The notes under the pieces were generated by a model. The model was not told where the DNA came from and did not search any database. It saw only the letters and a program-made list of their open reading frames with translations. Below, in pieces: positions 43,304-54,234 of a DNA stretch of 64,000 nucleotides; positions within the stretch are counted from its first letter, which is position 1; each line of letters opens with the position of its first letter. The position numbers were made by a program, and so were the translations under genes. The DNA is taken from sequence record OR228459.1; one strand, written 5' to 3'.

Positions 43304-45649
43304 ATGATCAACGTTACGAAACGTAATGGTGCTAAGGAAGCACTTAATCTTGAAAAAATTCACCAAATTCTATTTTTCGCTTGCGAAGGACTAACTGGAG
43401 TGTCCGTATCAGAAATTGAGGTTCGAGCACAGTTACAGTTCTATGAAGGTATCGAAACTAATGCAATTCATGATATTCTAATTAAAGCTGCTTCTGAACT
43501 AATTACAGTTGATACCCCTAACTATCAATATGTAGCAGGTCGTCTAATTAACTATTCACTACGTAAGAAAGTGTATGGTAATTATGAACCACCAAAATTC
43601 GCTGCACATGTTCAAGATCTAATCGATCGTGATGTATATGACAAAGAAATTCTTGAAAAATATACGCTAACTGAAATCGAAGAACTAGGTAAGTACATCA
43701 AACATAAACGTGATGATAGATTCACTTTCGTTGCAATGAAGCAATGGGAAGGGAAATATCTTTGTAAGCACCGTGTTACTAAGCAAATTTACGAAACCCC
43801 ACAAATGGCTTACATGATGATTGCAGCAATCGTCTTTATGGAGTACAATCGTGATGTTCGTATGAGCTATGTAAAACGTTTTTATGATGCAATCAGTAAT
43901 TTTGATATTAGTCTTCCAACACCAATCATGGCTGGTCTTCGTACTAATACACGTCAGTTTAGTTCATGTGTGGTTCTAAACGTGGGTGATAGCCTCGATA
44001 GTATCGGTGCTTCCAACCATGCTATTTTACGTTATATCTCACGTAAAGCTGGTCTAGGAATTAACTACGGTCGTGTTCGTGCAATCGATTCAGAAATACG
44101 TGGTGGTGATGCGGTACATACAGGTTTAATTCCTTTCATTACTGCAAGTACTAAAACTGTTAAATCATGCTCTCAAGGCGGTGTACGTGGTGGTGCAGCA
44201 ACTATTCACTTCCCACTTTGGCATCTAGAATTTGAAAATCTTGTAGTACTTAAGAACAACAAAGGAACCGAGTTTAACCGTGTTCGTCAAAGTGACTACT
44301 GCTTCCAAATCAACAAAACTTTATACGAGCGTCTAACCAAAAAAGGTGATATTACTTTCTTCTCACCTAGTGACGTACCCGGTCTATATGATGCATTCTG
44401 CTCAGACCAAAAAGAATTCGCACGTTTGTATAAGAAGTATGAAGCAGACCCTACTATTCGTAAGAAAGTACTACCAGCGATTGACGTATTCACTGTTCTA
44501 ATGCAACAACGTGCAGAGACAGGACGTATCTACGTTCAGAACATTGATTTGACTAACGAACACTCACCATTCGATCCTAAAGTGGCACCAGTTGAGCAAA
44601 GTAATCTTTGCCAAGAAATTGCATTACCTTCAGTTCCATTTGATGATGTAAACAGTGGTGAAGATGGTCTAATCAGCCTTTGCACACTAAGTGCAATTAA
44701 TTGGGGCAACTTTGACAAACCTGAAGATATGGAAAATGCTTGCGATCTAGCTGTTCGTGCGTTAGACTCTCTACTTGATTATCAGGACTACCCTGTAATC
44801 CACGCAGAACGAGCTACACGAGCTTATCGACCACTAGGTGTAGGTATCATCAACTTGGCATATTTCCTTGCTAAACGTGGCCTACGTTACGATGATGGTG
44901 CATTGGAAACAGTAAACACATGGGCTGAAGCATGGTCTTATTACCTACTTAAATCTTCCGTTCAACTAGCGAAAGAAAAAGGTAAATGTGAATGGTTTGA
45001 TAATCTAAAATATGCACAAGGTATTCTACCAATTGACACTTATAAAAAGTCCGTCGATGATCTAGTAGGTACTGAACTAAAAATGGATTGGGATTCCCTA
45101 CGTGCTGATATTGCACAATACGGTATTCGTAATGCTACTACTATGGCTCTAATGCCAGCAGAAACCAGTGCTCAAATTAGTAACAGTACTAATGGTATTG
45201 AACCACCACGTAGTCTAGTATCCGTTAAAGCATCTAAAGATGGTATTCTAAAACAAGTTGTTCCTGAAATTGGTAAATTGAAGAACAAATACACCCTACT
45301 ATGGGATCAAAAGAACAACGAAGGTTATATTAAAATTTGTGGTGTACTACAAAAATATATTGACCAAAGTATCAGTGCAAATACCAGTTATAACCCAGAA
45401 CACTTCCCAGATAAGAAACTATCAATGAAAGTACTTCTAGGTGAACTACTAATGTGCTATAAGTATGGGCTTAAAAACCTATACTATATGAACACCAACG
45501 ATGGTAGTGGTGAAATTGATATTGAACTACTAGAGAAGTCTCAGTCAGAACAAAAGGCTGAAGCGGAAGAACTAGTACCAACAGGTGGATTCATTCTACC
45601 AAACCTATCAATGCTACCAGATGATGATTGCGATAGTTGCAAAATCTAA
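43304..45649 (+). CDS. nrdA: Class Ia ribonucleotide reductase alpha subunit
   Basis: ATP-cone VTKRNG, TPIMAG, SSC, QSNLCQEI, MPAETS, C-terminal CDSC. Confidence 0.97.
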   Translation: MINVTKRNGAKEALNLEKIHQILFFACEGLTGVSVSEIEVRAQLQFYEGIETNAIHDILIKAASELITVDTPNYQYVAGRLINYSLRKKVYGNYEPPKFAAHVQDLIDRDVYDKEILEKYTLTEIEELGKYIKHKRDDRFTFVAMKQWEGKYLCKHRVTKQIYETPQMAYMMIAAIVFMEYNRDVRMSYVKRFYDAISNFDISLPTPIMAGLRTNTRQFSSCVVLNVGDSLDSIGASNHAILRYISRKAGLGINYGRVRAIDSEIRGGDAVHTGLIPFITASTKTVKSCSQGGVRGGAATIHFPLWHLEFENLVVLKNNKGTEFNRVRQSDYCFQINKTLYERLTKKGDITFFSPSDVPGLYDAFCSDQKEFARLYKKYEADPTIRKKVLPAIDVFTVLMQQRAETGRIYVQNIDLTNEHSPFDPKVAPVEQSNLCQEIALPSVPFDDVNSGEDGLISLCTLSAINWGNFDKPEDMENACDLAVRALDSLLDYQDYPVIHAERATRAYRPLGVGIINLAYFLAKRGLRYDDGALETVNTWAEAWSYYLLKSSVQLAKEKGKCEWFDNLKYAQGILPIDTYKKSVDDLVGTELKMDWDSLRADIAQYGIRNATTMALMPAETSAQISNSTNGIEPPRSLVSVKASKDGILKQVVPEIGKLKNKYTLLWDQKNNEGYIKICGVLQKYIDQSISANTSYNPEHFPDKKLSMKVLLGELLMCYKYGLKNLYYMNTNDGSGEIDIELLEKSQSEQKAEAEELVPTGGFILPNLSMLPDDDCDSCKI

Positions 45650-45657
45650 TTAAAAAG

Positions 45658-45683
45658 AGTCCCACATGAAGTGGGACTTTTCT
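45658..45683 (+). terminator. Hairpin/terminator between nrdA and nrdB
   Basis: AGTCCCAC-ATGAA-GTGGGACT followed by TTTCT. Confidence 0.65.
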
Positions 45684-45712
45684 TTCACAGAAATAAACAA
45701 AAGGAATTGTAA

Positions 45713-46837
45713 ATGTCAGTATTTAAAATTAACGAGAAATCACACTTAGAAAAGCATATGTTTTTTGATGAGTCTGTTGATATTCAACGTTTTGAATCCG
45801 TAAAGTATCCAGCATTGGAAAAATTAACAGAACAGCAAAAGAGTTTCTTCTGGACACCAGAAGAAGTAGATGTGACTCGTGATAAAATTGACTTCTCCGG
45901 TTTGAGTGATAATGAGAAACATATCTTCACATCGAACCTTAAACGTCAAATCCTTCTAGATTCAGTACAAGGACGTGGCCCAAACTTAATGCTACTACCT
46001 TATGCATCCCTACCTGAACTAGAAAACTTTATTGAAACTTGGGCTTTCTTTGAAGGTGCTATCCATAGTCGTTCATATACGCATATTATTCGTAACGTAT
46101 ATCCAAACCCATCCGAAGTGTTTGATACTATGCTCGACATTCCTGAGATTACTTCTTGTGCTGCTGATATTGCAAAGTACTATGATGATCTTGATGTAGC
46201 TGGCACTTACTATAAGATGCTAGGACTCGGTACTCATATTATCAATGGTGAAACTGTTGAAGTTAGCGAGTATGAACTCAAGAAGAAACTATGGCTATGC
46301 TTGAACAGCATTAACGTACTAGAAGGTATTCGCTTCTATGTATCCTTTGCATGTTCATGGGCTTTTGCAGAAAACAAACTAATGGAAGGGAATGCTAAAA
46401 TCATCCGTCTAATTTGTCGTGATGAGAACCTTCATTTAGCAGCTACCCAAATGATTCTTCGCCTACTCAAGAAAGAAGATCCAGACTTCGCTAAAATTGC
46501 AGAAGAATGCCATGAAGAAGTACAAACAATGTTCATGGATGCAATTCGTCAAGAAGAAGAATGGGCTGACTATCTATTCAAAGATGGTTCTATTATTGGA
46601 TTGAACGCTCAAATTCTAAAAGATTATATTCGTTGGATTGGTTCTAAACGTATGATTGCAATTGGCGTTAAATGTCCATTCAGTGTATCCAAAAACAATC
46701 CACTACCTTGGACTGTAGAATGGATCAGTAGTGCTGATGTACAAGTGGCACCACAAGAAACTGAAATAAGTTCTTATATTATTGGTGGTATCACTAATGA
46801 TATTGAAGAAAATGATTTTTCAGATTACGATTTATAA
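45713..46837 (+). CDS. nrdB: Class Ia ribonucleotide reductase beta subunit
   Basis: FFWTPEEV, DSVQGR, E..IHSRSY, EGIRFY, RDENLH, VAPQETE. Confidence 0.97.
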   Translation: MSVFKINEKSHLEKHMFFDESVDIQRFESVKYPALEKLTEQQKSFFWTPEEVDVTRDKIDFSGLSDNEKHIFTSNLKRQILLDSVQGRGPNLMLLPYASLPELENFIETWAFFEGAIHSRSYTHIIRNVYPNPSEVFDTMLDIPEITSCAADIAKYYDDLDVAGTYYKMLGLGTHIINGETVEVSEYELKKKLWLCLNSINVLEGIRFYVSFACSWAFAENKLMEGNAKIIRLICRDENLHLAATQMILRLLKKEDPDFAKIAEECHEEVQTMFMDAIRQEEEWADYLFKDGSIIGLNAQILKDYIRWIGSKRMIAIGVKCPFSVSKNNPLPWTVEWISSADVQVAPQETEISSYIIGGITNDIEENDFSDYDL

Positions 46838-46842
46838 TACTT

Positions 46843-46866
46843 AGGGACACAATGTGTCCCTTTTTC
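46843..46866 (+). terminator. Intrinsic terminator
   Basis: AGGGACAC-AAT-GTGTCCCT followed by a T run. Confidence 0.75.
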
Positions 46867-46879
46867 ATTGGAGTTATAT

Positions 46880-47062
46880 ATGAGCGACGTTTTTTCTTTT
46901 ATGAGAGATGTTGAGTACGTAATAGTACTAGAAGGTTCTATTCAATTAACAGGTATGGTTGAAGAAACTTATGATAACGGTATTCAGTTACATGATGGAA
47001 CCTGCATCCCACAGGATAAAATTTTATTTTTCAAAGCAAATCTTGGGACAAATCCCGAATAA
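46880..47062 (+). CDS. Small hypothetical protein
   Basis: GGAG RBS, ATG at 46880. Confidence 0.5.
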   Translation: MSDVFSFMRDVEYVIVLEGSIQLTGMVEETYDNGIQLHDGTCIPQDKILFFKANLGTNPE

Positions 47063-47073
47063 TGTGATATAAT
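47043..47073 (+). promoter_or_regulatory. Phage-specific promoter (copy 9)
   Basis: TTGGGACAAATCCCGAATAATGTGATATAAT. Confidence 0.75.
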
Positions 47074-47101
47074 AAACACATCAATAACACAGGAGAAAAA
47101 A

Positions 47102-47335
47102 ATGGATAAGAACGCACTAAACGAAATGGTAGAAGAAAGCATTGAAACCGCTGGTAAAGAAGTTGGATACACTCTAAGCGAAGAAGAACTAGAATATTCT
47201 AAAAAAATCATTGCTCAACTATCTGGCTATTACGCTCGTAAAGATGCTAAGAAAGTAGAATATCGCAAAATCAAACAGCGTCGTCGTGCTGCAAACAAAA
47301 CTGCAAAAGCATCTCGTCGTAAGAACCGCAAATAA
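47102..47335 (+). CDS. Small protein with very basic C-terminus
   Basis: AGGAG RBS; ends KIKQRRRAANKTAKASRRKNRK. Confidence 0.65.
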   Translation: MDKNALNEMVEESIETAGKEVGYTLSEEELEYSKKIIAQLSGYYARKDAKKVEYRKIKQRRRAANKTAKASRRKNRK

Positions 47336-47344
47336 GAGGTATTG

Positions 47345-47737
47345 ATGAATTTCACTTTTGAACAAATTCAAGAGACTTTTCCTAAACACGCCAACCGCAC
47401 TAAGCGGTTGCGTAAGAAGTTACATGTAGATGACTTCGCGGAAATTATGTTTTCGTTTACATTAAAAATTCCAGTATTTGATTTATCACCCAAACTACAG
47501 GATGCTTGTTTGGATATCATGTGTGAACATGATGCTGGATGTTTTATCTTTTCTGATAGTTCATCTGCATCATTCAGTGTATTGTCTGGATTATTAAAGA
47601 AAAGTGTAAAAAATCAAGAAGAAATTATTTCGTACATTACGAATTTGATTTCAAAACTTTCAGAAGTAGAAAAAGAATTTAGGAATATTGACGCAGTACA
47701 TGTAACATATGGTGATGCGTATTATGGAGAATGGTAA
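47345..47737 (+). CDS. YggL/DUF469-like protein
   Basis: ANRTKRLRKKLHVDDFAE matches the YggL N-terminus (NRSRRLRKKMHIDEFQE); C-terminal YGDAYYGEW. Confidence 0.7.
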   Translation: MNFTFEQIQETFPKHANRTKRLRKKLHVDDFAEIMFSFTLKIPVFDLSPKLQDACLDIMCEHDAGCFIFSDSSSASFSVLSGLLKKSVKNQEEIISYITNLISKLSEVEKEFRNIDAVHVTYGDAYYGEW

Positions 47738-48429
47738 TGAATGTACAAACCCAAATTGCACAAGTAGCTAATTTTATGAAAGCTGCTGGTCAAGAAATCA
47801 ATATTACACCAACAGCAGTAAGTCTAGGTGTTGCAAATCTACGTTATAATCTAATCATTGAAGAGATCGCAGGTAGGAATGAATTTCAATACTGTTCCGA
47901 ACGTGACGACATTGTTGGTATGCTAGATGGTCTATGTGATATTCTTTATGTTGTATATGGTGCAGCACTAACTTTTGGTGTTAAAATTAAAAGTACTGAA
48001 GTAGCTCATGGCATCGCGGCTGGTAAATTAGCTCCTGCACATATTTCAATTGACGCAGCTAAGAATATGATTTTCGATAGTGATCAATTTGTAGTAGGAT
48101 ACAAAACAGGAAATCTACATCTAGTAGAACAATCATTAACGAACATTGTTAATGTTGTTTATGAGTATGCTCGTGTGATTAATGTTGATTTATCTGGTGC
48201 ATTCAATGAAGTTCATCAATCTAACATGAGCAAGTTCAGCCCTACTAAAGAACACGCAGAAGAAAGTGCAGCGACTCGTCTAATTAAAGGTGATGAGAAA
48301 TATCGCAATATTTATGTTGACAGTGTAACTATTGATGGTGAAACATTGTGGATGATCAAACGCACTGAAGATAACAAGATTCTAAAAAGTCTTAATTTCT
48401 TTGAGCCTGATCTAAAAAAATATGTATAA
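47731..48429 (+). CDS. MazG-like/PRA-PH nucleotide pyrophosphohydrolase
   Basis: IIEE...MLDGLCDILYVVYG and AFNEVHQSNMSK; KILKS...PDL. Confidence 0.75.
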   Translation: MVMNVQTQIAQVANFMKAAGQEINITPTAVSLGVANLRYNLIIEEIAGRNEFQYCSERDDIVGMLDGLCDILYVVYGAALTFGVKIKSTEVAHGIAAGKLAPAHISIDAAKNMIFDSDQFVVGYKTGNLHLVEQSLTNIVNVVYEYARVINVDLSGAFNEVHQSNMSKFSPTKEHAEESAATRLIKGDEKYRNIYVDSVTIDGETLWMIKRTEDNKILKSLNFFEPDLKKYV

Positions 48430-48433
48430 AGAA

Positions 48434-48455
48434 AAAGGAGGCTTTTGCCTCCTTT
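48434..48455. terminator. Bidirectional terminator
   Basis: AAAGGAGGC-TTTT-GCCTCCTTT between convergent genes. Confidence 0.8.
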
Positions 48456-48462
48456 AATTATG

Positions 48463-49866
<1,404 letters not shown>

Positions 49867-49913
49867 TTATTTTGTTTTTGTTATGTAACTATTTAGCAAC
49901 AAAATATGATTTT

Positions 49914-49944
49914 TTGGGACAAATCGGAAATGATGTGATATAAT
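49914..49944 (+). promoter_or_regulatory. Phage-specific promoter (copy 10)
   Basis: TTGGGACAAATCGGAAATGATGTGATATAAT. Confidence 0.75.
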
Positions 49945-49974
49945 ATAAAAACATACAACTAACGAGGAACATAT

Positions 49975-50388
49975 ATGTTGGATATTGTTGTAAATCTTAT
50001 AGGTATAATATTCTTTACAATATTAGCGGCTTCTGGCTTTACACTAACTGCACAAATATTTTTGTGGGTGAGTGTCTTTGTTTTTTCTGTTCTAACATTC
50101 ATCGCATGGATTACGGTAGAACATAACAAAAATCTTTATAAAAGTGGAAAAAGATTATCAAAAGATTTTATTCAAATGATACCACTTTTAGCAAATACAG
50201 ATTTTGATACAAAATGTGCACACATTTTCTGTGCAAGTATTATTATTGCAATCATTGCATTTTACTTACTACATGTTGTATTTCTATCAATTGCAGTTAT
50301 AGCAGTAATGATTTTACGCATTGTAGTACTACAGAATATAAAGGAGTTTATTCGTAATGTCGAAAATGATCCTAGCCACGAACAGTAA
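49975..50388 (+). CDS. Hypothetical membrane protein
   Basis: About four hydrophobic segments. Confidence 0.6.
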   Translation: MLDIVVNLIGIIFFTILAASGFTLTAQIFLWVSVFVFSVLTFIAWITVEHNKNLYKSGKRLSKDFIQMIPLLANTDFDTKCAHIFCASIIIAIIAFYLLHVVFLSIAVIAVMILRIVVLQNIKEFIRNVENDPSHEQ

Positions 50389-50860
50389 TGGTGGAATTGG
50401 TATAAACAATACGATTCCTTGGCATAGTTCAGCAGATTTTAAACACTTCAAAGAAGAGACTATGGATAAAATCGTTATTATGGGTTTTAACACTTGGAAG
50501 TCTCTACCTAAACGCCCACTACCCGGACGATTAAACATCGTCCTTCTTTCTCGCGAGTACAGTAAAGAGAACCGTGATGATGTTGACAAAGACACTTCGG
50601 TACTCTTTCTTGATATCGAAAATTTAGAAAGTATTATTGCTAATAACCCCGATTGTGTTGTCATCGGTGGAGCTAAAATTTATGAAGAAGCAATAAAGTA
50701 TGTTGATACAATTGTACTAAGTATAATTGAGGGGGAGCATGAGTGTGATACCTTTTTTAATATTCACACCCATGCAAGGGAAGAGAATGTTCATTTAGAA
50801 TTGGGTTTGGTTAAAATGTTAGATGATGGAACTATGGTAGAATATTGGAATACTATATAA
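50357..50860 (+). CDS. frd: Dihydrofolate reductase
   Basis: GGIGINNTIPWH...DFKHFK, IMGFNTWKSL, RPLPGRLNIVL, IGGAKIY, CDTFF. Confidence 0.95.
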   Translation: MSKMILATNSNGGIGINNTIPWHSSADFKHFKEETMDKIVIMGFNTWKSLPKRPLPGRLNIVLLSREYSKENRDDVDKDTSVLFLDIENLESIIANNPDCVVIGGAKIYEEAIKYVDTIVLSIIEGEHECDTFFNIHTHAREENVHLELGLVKMLDDGTMVEYWNTI

Positions 50861-50874
50861 TTGGGGTATAAAGG

Positions 50875-51309
50875 ATGTATACGATTTACACTGATGGATC
50901 ATGTTTAGGCAATCCGGGGCCGGGTGGTGTTGGGATTGTAGTACTTAAAGATGGAGAGGAAATTGGTCGCTTCTCTTTTGGTGAGAAGCACACCACTAAC
51001 AACCGAATGGAACTACTTGCAGCCATGAGTGGAATTGCATACGTTAAAGAAACTTTTGGTTATGATAGTAAGATAAAGGTAATAACTGATTCTCAATATG
51101 TCGTGAACGGAATGACACAATGGAGACATGGTTGGAAGAAAACAAATTGGAAAGGTTGTAAAAAGAATCTAGATTTGTGGAAAGAGATTGATGTTTTGGG
51201 GGATGATTGTGAATTTGGATGGGTTCGCGGTCATAACAAAGACCATTACAATGAAATAGCTGATGACTTAGCACAAGCAGCAGCACATGAGGCGAAGGAG
51301 ACGCAATGA
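50875..51309 (+). CDS. rnhA: Ribonuclease HI
   Basis: IYTDGSCLGNPGPGG, TTNNRMEL, TDSQY, WVRGH...NEIADDLA. Confidence 0.96.
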   Translation: MYTIYTDGSCLGNPGPGGVGIVVLKDGEEIGRFSFGEKHTTNNRMELLAAMSGIAYVKETFGYDSKIKVITDSQYVVNGMTQWRHGWKKTNWKGCKKNLDLWKEIDVLGDDCEFGWVRGHNKDHYNEIADDLAQAAAHEAKETQ

Positions 51310-52652
51310 GTAATATCACGCTTACGGACAAGCAACAAGAAGTATATGATGATTTCATAGACCGAGTACACAACTTTCCGGGTCGTTCCGAATGTGTTCT
51401 AGTTGGTTATGCTGGTACTGGTAAAACAACACTAGTAGCTGAAATTGTCGAAAGTTTATATAGAGGCTATAATATAGCTGTAACATCACCAACACATAAA
51501 GCAAACTCGGTCATCCGAAAAATGCTTACACAAAATGTTGGCCTAAGTGCACAAGATGCACAAGTAAGTACTATCCATTCTTTTTTAGGATTGAAACTAG
51601 TTTATGAAAAAAATCGTCAAGTACTAAAGCATGATCCACAATCGAAAAATAGTACATCTATGGTTGATGTTCTTATCGTCGATGAATGTTCTATGATTTC
51701 TGAAGAATTGTATCAGCATATCGTTGACCAGATGTATCGTGTTCGACGTGCTATTTTGTTCGTGGGAGATTCCTGTCAGTTACCACCCGTTGAAGCGGAA
51801 GGTACTATTGGTGAATCTAAACTAAGTCCGACCTTTAATGTACCAGTAAAATATGAACTTACTGAAGTACTTCGTCAAGCGTTGGATAATCCAATTATTA
51901 GTATCGCAACTGCGATTCGTGAGTGTATTGGAACTAATGGTGATCCATTGTCAATCCTTGATACAACTTACGGACTTGATACCATCATCCCAATAGATGA
52001 TGAACAAGTATTCTTGGATGTATATAAAGAAATGATTCTTGAGCATAAGGGTTCGTCTAAGAAAATCTTTGATTTTGTTCAAGAAAATAAGATTATTGCG
52101 TACACAAACTATCGTGTTAGCCTTTCTAATATTTATATCCGAAGCGAATTATTTGATAAACATCAAGACGTTGAATTCGTAAAAGGTGAACCAATTGTCT
52201 TTGATACTGTTACTGAGAACTGCCCCTATGCGAATCAGGAAATTATTCAATGTCCTGAAGTACGCAAAGAGAGTTTCTTGGGGATTGATTGTTGGCAATT
52301 CAAACTACCTAATGGTAACTATATTCTAGGTGTTGGGCCAGAGTCAAAACAAGGTCTCGACGACTACTTAGATGATTTGGTGAAGAAGATTGAAAAGAAA
52401 GATATGAATCCTCTAACCAAACGTGCATATCAATGGCAAGACTATTACATTATCAAAAACAAAATCAACATCATTAACTATCCATATGCTACGACAGCAC
52501 ATAAATCACAAGGTAGTACTTTTGATAATATTTGGTTTGATACTGATTTCATCGAACGCATTCGTAATAATGATACCAAATGTCGTATCATTTATACTGC
52601 GATGACTCGCCCACGATACAATGTTATGTTCCGTAAAAATGGAATGTTCTAA
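51306..52652 (+). CDS. dda: Dda/RecD-like SF1 helicase
   Basis: GYAGTGKT, IVDECSM, GDSCQLPPV, YATTAHKSQGST, YTAMTR. Confidence 0.9.
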   Translation: MSNITLTDKQQEVYDDFIDRVHNFPGRSECVLVGYAGTGKTTLVAEIVESLYRGYNIAVTSPTHKANSVIRKMLTQNVGLSAQDAQVSTIHSFLGLKLVYEKNRQVLKHDPQSKNSTSMVDVLIVDECSMISEELYQHIVDQMYRVRRAILFVGDSCQLPPVEAEGTIGESKLSPTFNVPVKYELTEVLRQALDNPIISIATAIRECIGTNGDPLSILDTTYGLDTIIPIDDEQVFLDVYKEMILEHKGSSKKIFDFVQENKIIAYTNYRVSLSNIYIRSELFDKHQDVEFVKGEPIVFDTVTENCPYANQEIIQCPEVRKESFLGIDCWQFKLPNGNYILGVGPESKQGLDDYLDDLVKKIEKKDMNPLTKRAYQWQDYYIIKNKINIINYPYATTAHKSQGSTFDNIWFDTDFIERIRNNDTKCRIIYTAMTRPRYNVMFRKNGMF

Positions 52653-52855
52653 TGAAAGATAAAGAAGAATATGAATATCAAGCTCATAAATTCGTGTTCA
52701 GTAAAACCGTTGGTAAACAGTACTGCGTATATTGTGGTTTAGTGAATACCAATAATGATTTCACGAAATGGGCGGTAGGAAAAGGGTGTTTGAATGCTTT
52801 ACACCCTTCATATAAAAGTGTTAAACGGAAATACACTAATCGTTTTGATTTTTAA
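52652..52855 (+). CDS. Small Cys-containing hypothetical protein
   Basis: YCVYCGL...GC; coupled to dda. Confidence 0.6.
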   Translation: MKDKEEYEYQAHKFVFSKTVGKQYCVYCGLVNTNNDFTKWAVGKGCLNALHPSYKSVKRKYTNRFDF

Positions 52856-52893
52856 AAATAAATAAGAAAAAGTGTTCTTTATGGAGAAATAAG

Positions 52894-53433
52894 ATGAACA
52901 ATTTATTCAAAGCATTTACAATCAAGGTTCCCGGTCAAGATCTAGATGATAAGCGTTTCTTCGAGTATGAAGATTTCGATTCATCCGATATGACCACACC
53001 AACTGACGAACAAGTGCTAGCGAAAGCTATCGCTTATACTCGTATGCAACAAATCAAGCGTAAGCTATCAGAACTAACTGTACCAATTTATTGCACTGTT
53101 GAATTTGCAACAGAAGGTACAGCAAGTACTGTTCCATCAGATGCTACTATTACTGTTGGTTACATTAGCTACGAGCCATTTGTTAGTACTGCTGACCCGA
53201 TTCCAGATGAAGAATCTGCACAAATTACTGCTGCTGAAGAGGCAATCAAGAAAATCATTGATGATGCAATGGGTAGTGAACTAGTTCAAGAAATGGCTGC
53301 TGTACAGAAAATCACATCACGTACTATTACGCCTCTACTAACTAAGGAAGAAAGTTATCGTGATGTATATATGGATTACATTGATGTACCTTCCGTCACC
53401 GTATCCAGTACTGTAGCATTCGTTAAACTATAA
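52894..53433 (+). CDS. Hypothetical protein (possibly virion)
   Basis: GGAG RBS; AATAAATA at 52857-52864. Confidence 0.55.
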   Translation: MNNLFKAFTIKVPGQDLDDKRFFEYEDFDSSDMTTPTDEQVLAKAIAYTRMQQIKRKLSELTVPIYCTVEFATEGTASTVPSDATITVGYISYEPFVSTADPIPDEESAQITAAEEAIKKIIDDAMGSELVQEMAAVQKITSRTITPLLTKEESYRDVYMDYIDVPSVTVSSTVAFVKL

Positions 53434-53443
53434 TATTTTTAGC

Positions 53444-53656
53444 ATGGAGTCTATTGACATGGAACAGAAAGCCTTTTATAATCGTATGTATGAAAACCGT
53501 GAAGCATTTGAAAAAGTGATTTACGAGTTGGAACAAATGATTGACCAAGCACCTAATGCTCGCACACGCACCCAAGCTGAGTTGGCTAAGAACCAACTTA
53601 TTCAGGTACAAATGATTGCTGATGCATTTCGTGAATATAGTAACAAAAAGGGTTGA
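53444..53656 (+). CDS. Small helical hypothetical protein
   Basis: 70 aa. Confidence 0.5.
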   Translation: MESIDMEQKAFYNRMYENREAFEKVIYELEQMIDQAPNARTRTQAELAKNQLIQVQMIADAFREYSNKKG

Positions 53657-53667
53657 CAGCCCTTTTT
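53645..53667 (+). terminator. Terminator hairpin whose loop is a -35 box
   Basis: AAAAAGGG-TTGACAG-CCCTTTTT. Confidence 0.7.
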
Positions 53668-53681
53668 AAATGACATATAAT
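53653..53681 (+). promoter_or_regulatory. Consensus sigma70 promoter for the IF3-ClpS operon
   Basis: TTGACA (53653-53658), 17 bp, TATAAT (53676-53681). Confidence 0.85.
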
Positions 53682-53715
53682 ATACATAACTTAATACGAC
53701 TGGAGTCTATAATAC

Positions 53716-54222
53716 ATGAAAGAAATTATTGCCAATAAAGAAATCAAAGCTAAAACTGTTCGTCTAGTCACTGGCAGTGGTAGTGATGTAGTGGCAATTT
53801 CAGAAGCACTTAACCGTGCTGACGCATTGGGTCTTGACCTCATTCAAGTGAATGATGGTGATGTGCCTGTGGTTAAAATTGTGGATTTGAACAAACACAA
53901 GTTCGAACTCAAACAAGCAGAAAAAGAAGCACAACGTAAGCAGCGTCAGAACGTAACGCAAGTTAAAGAAGTTCAGTTCTCTTTCAAAACACAAGAGAAT
54001 GATCTTAAAGTAAAAGCGAAATCTGCTTCCAAATTCCTTTCAGAAGGAAAACATGTTCGTGTCGTAATGGCAGTTGAAGGGCGTATCGCTGGTAACCAAG
54101 CACTACTAGAACAGAATACATCCTTCTTGAAACAATTCGTAAATCGTCTCGGTGATGTAGAATTTGTTCAAAATGTTGAAGTACAGGGCAAAAAAGCCAC
54201 GTGTGTAATCAAGAACAAATAA
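53716..54222 (+). CDS. infC: Translation initiation factor IF3 homolog
   Basis: NKEIKAKTVRLV, EALNRADALGLDLIQV...PVVKIVD, VKEVQF, DLKVKAK...FL.EG.HVRV. Confidence 0.92.
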   Translation: MKEIIANKEIKAKTVRLVTGSGSDVVAISEALNRADALGLDLIQVNDGDVPVVKIVDLNKHKFELKQAEKEAQRKQRQNVTQVKEVQFSFKTQENDLKVKAKSASKFLSEGKHVRVVMAVEGRIAGNQALLEQNTSFLKQFVNRLGDVEFVQNVEVQGKKATCVIKNK

Positions 54223-54234
54223 CGAGGTATTAAT

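Noticed and set aside
46843-46861. GGGAC after nrdB as another promoter copy
   Set aside because: It is one arm of a terminator stem and has no TATAAT at the required spacing
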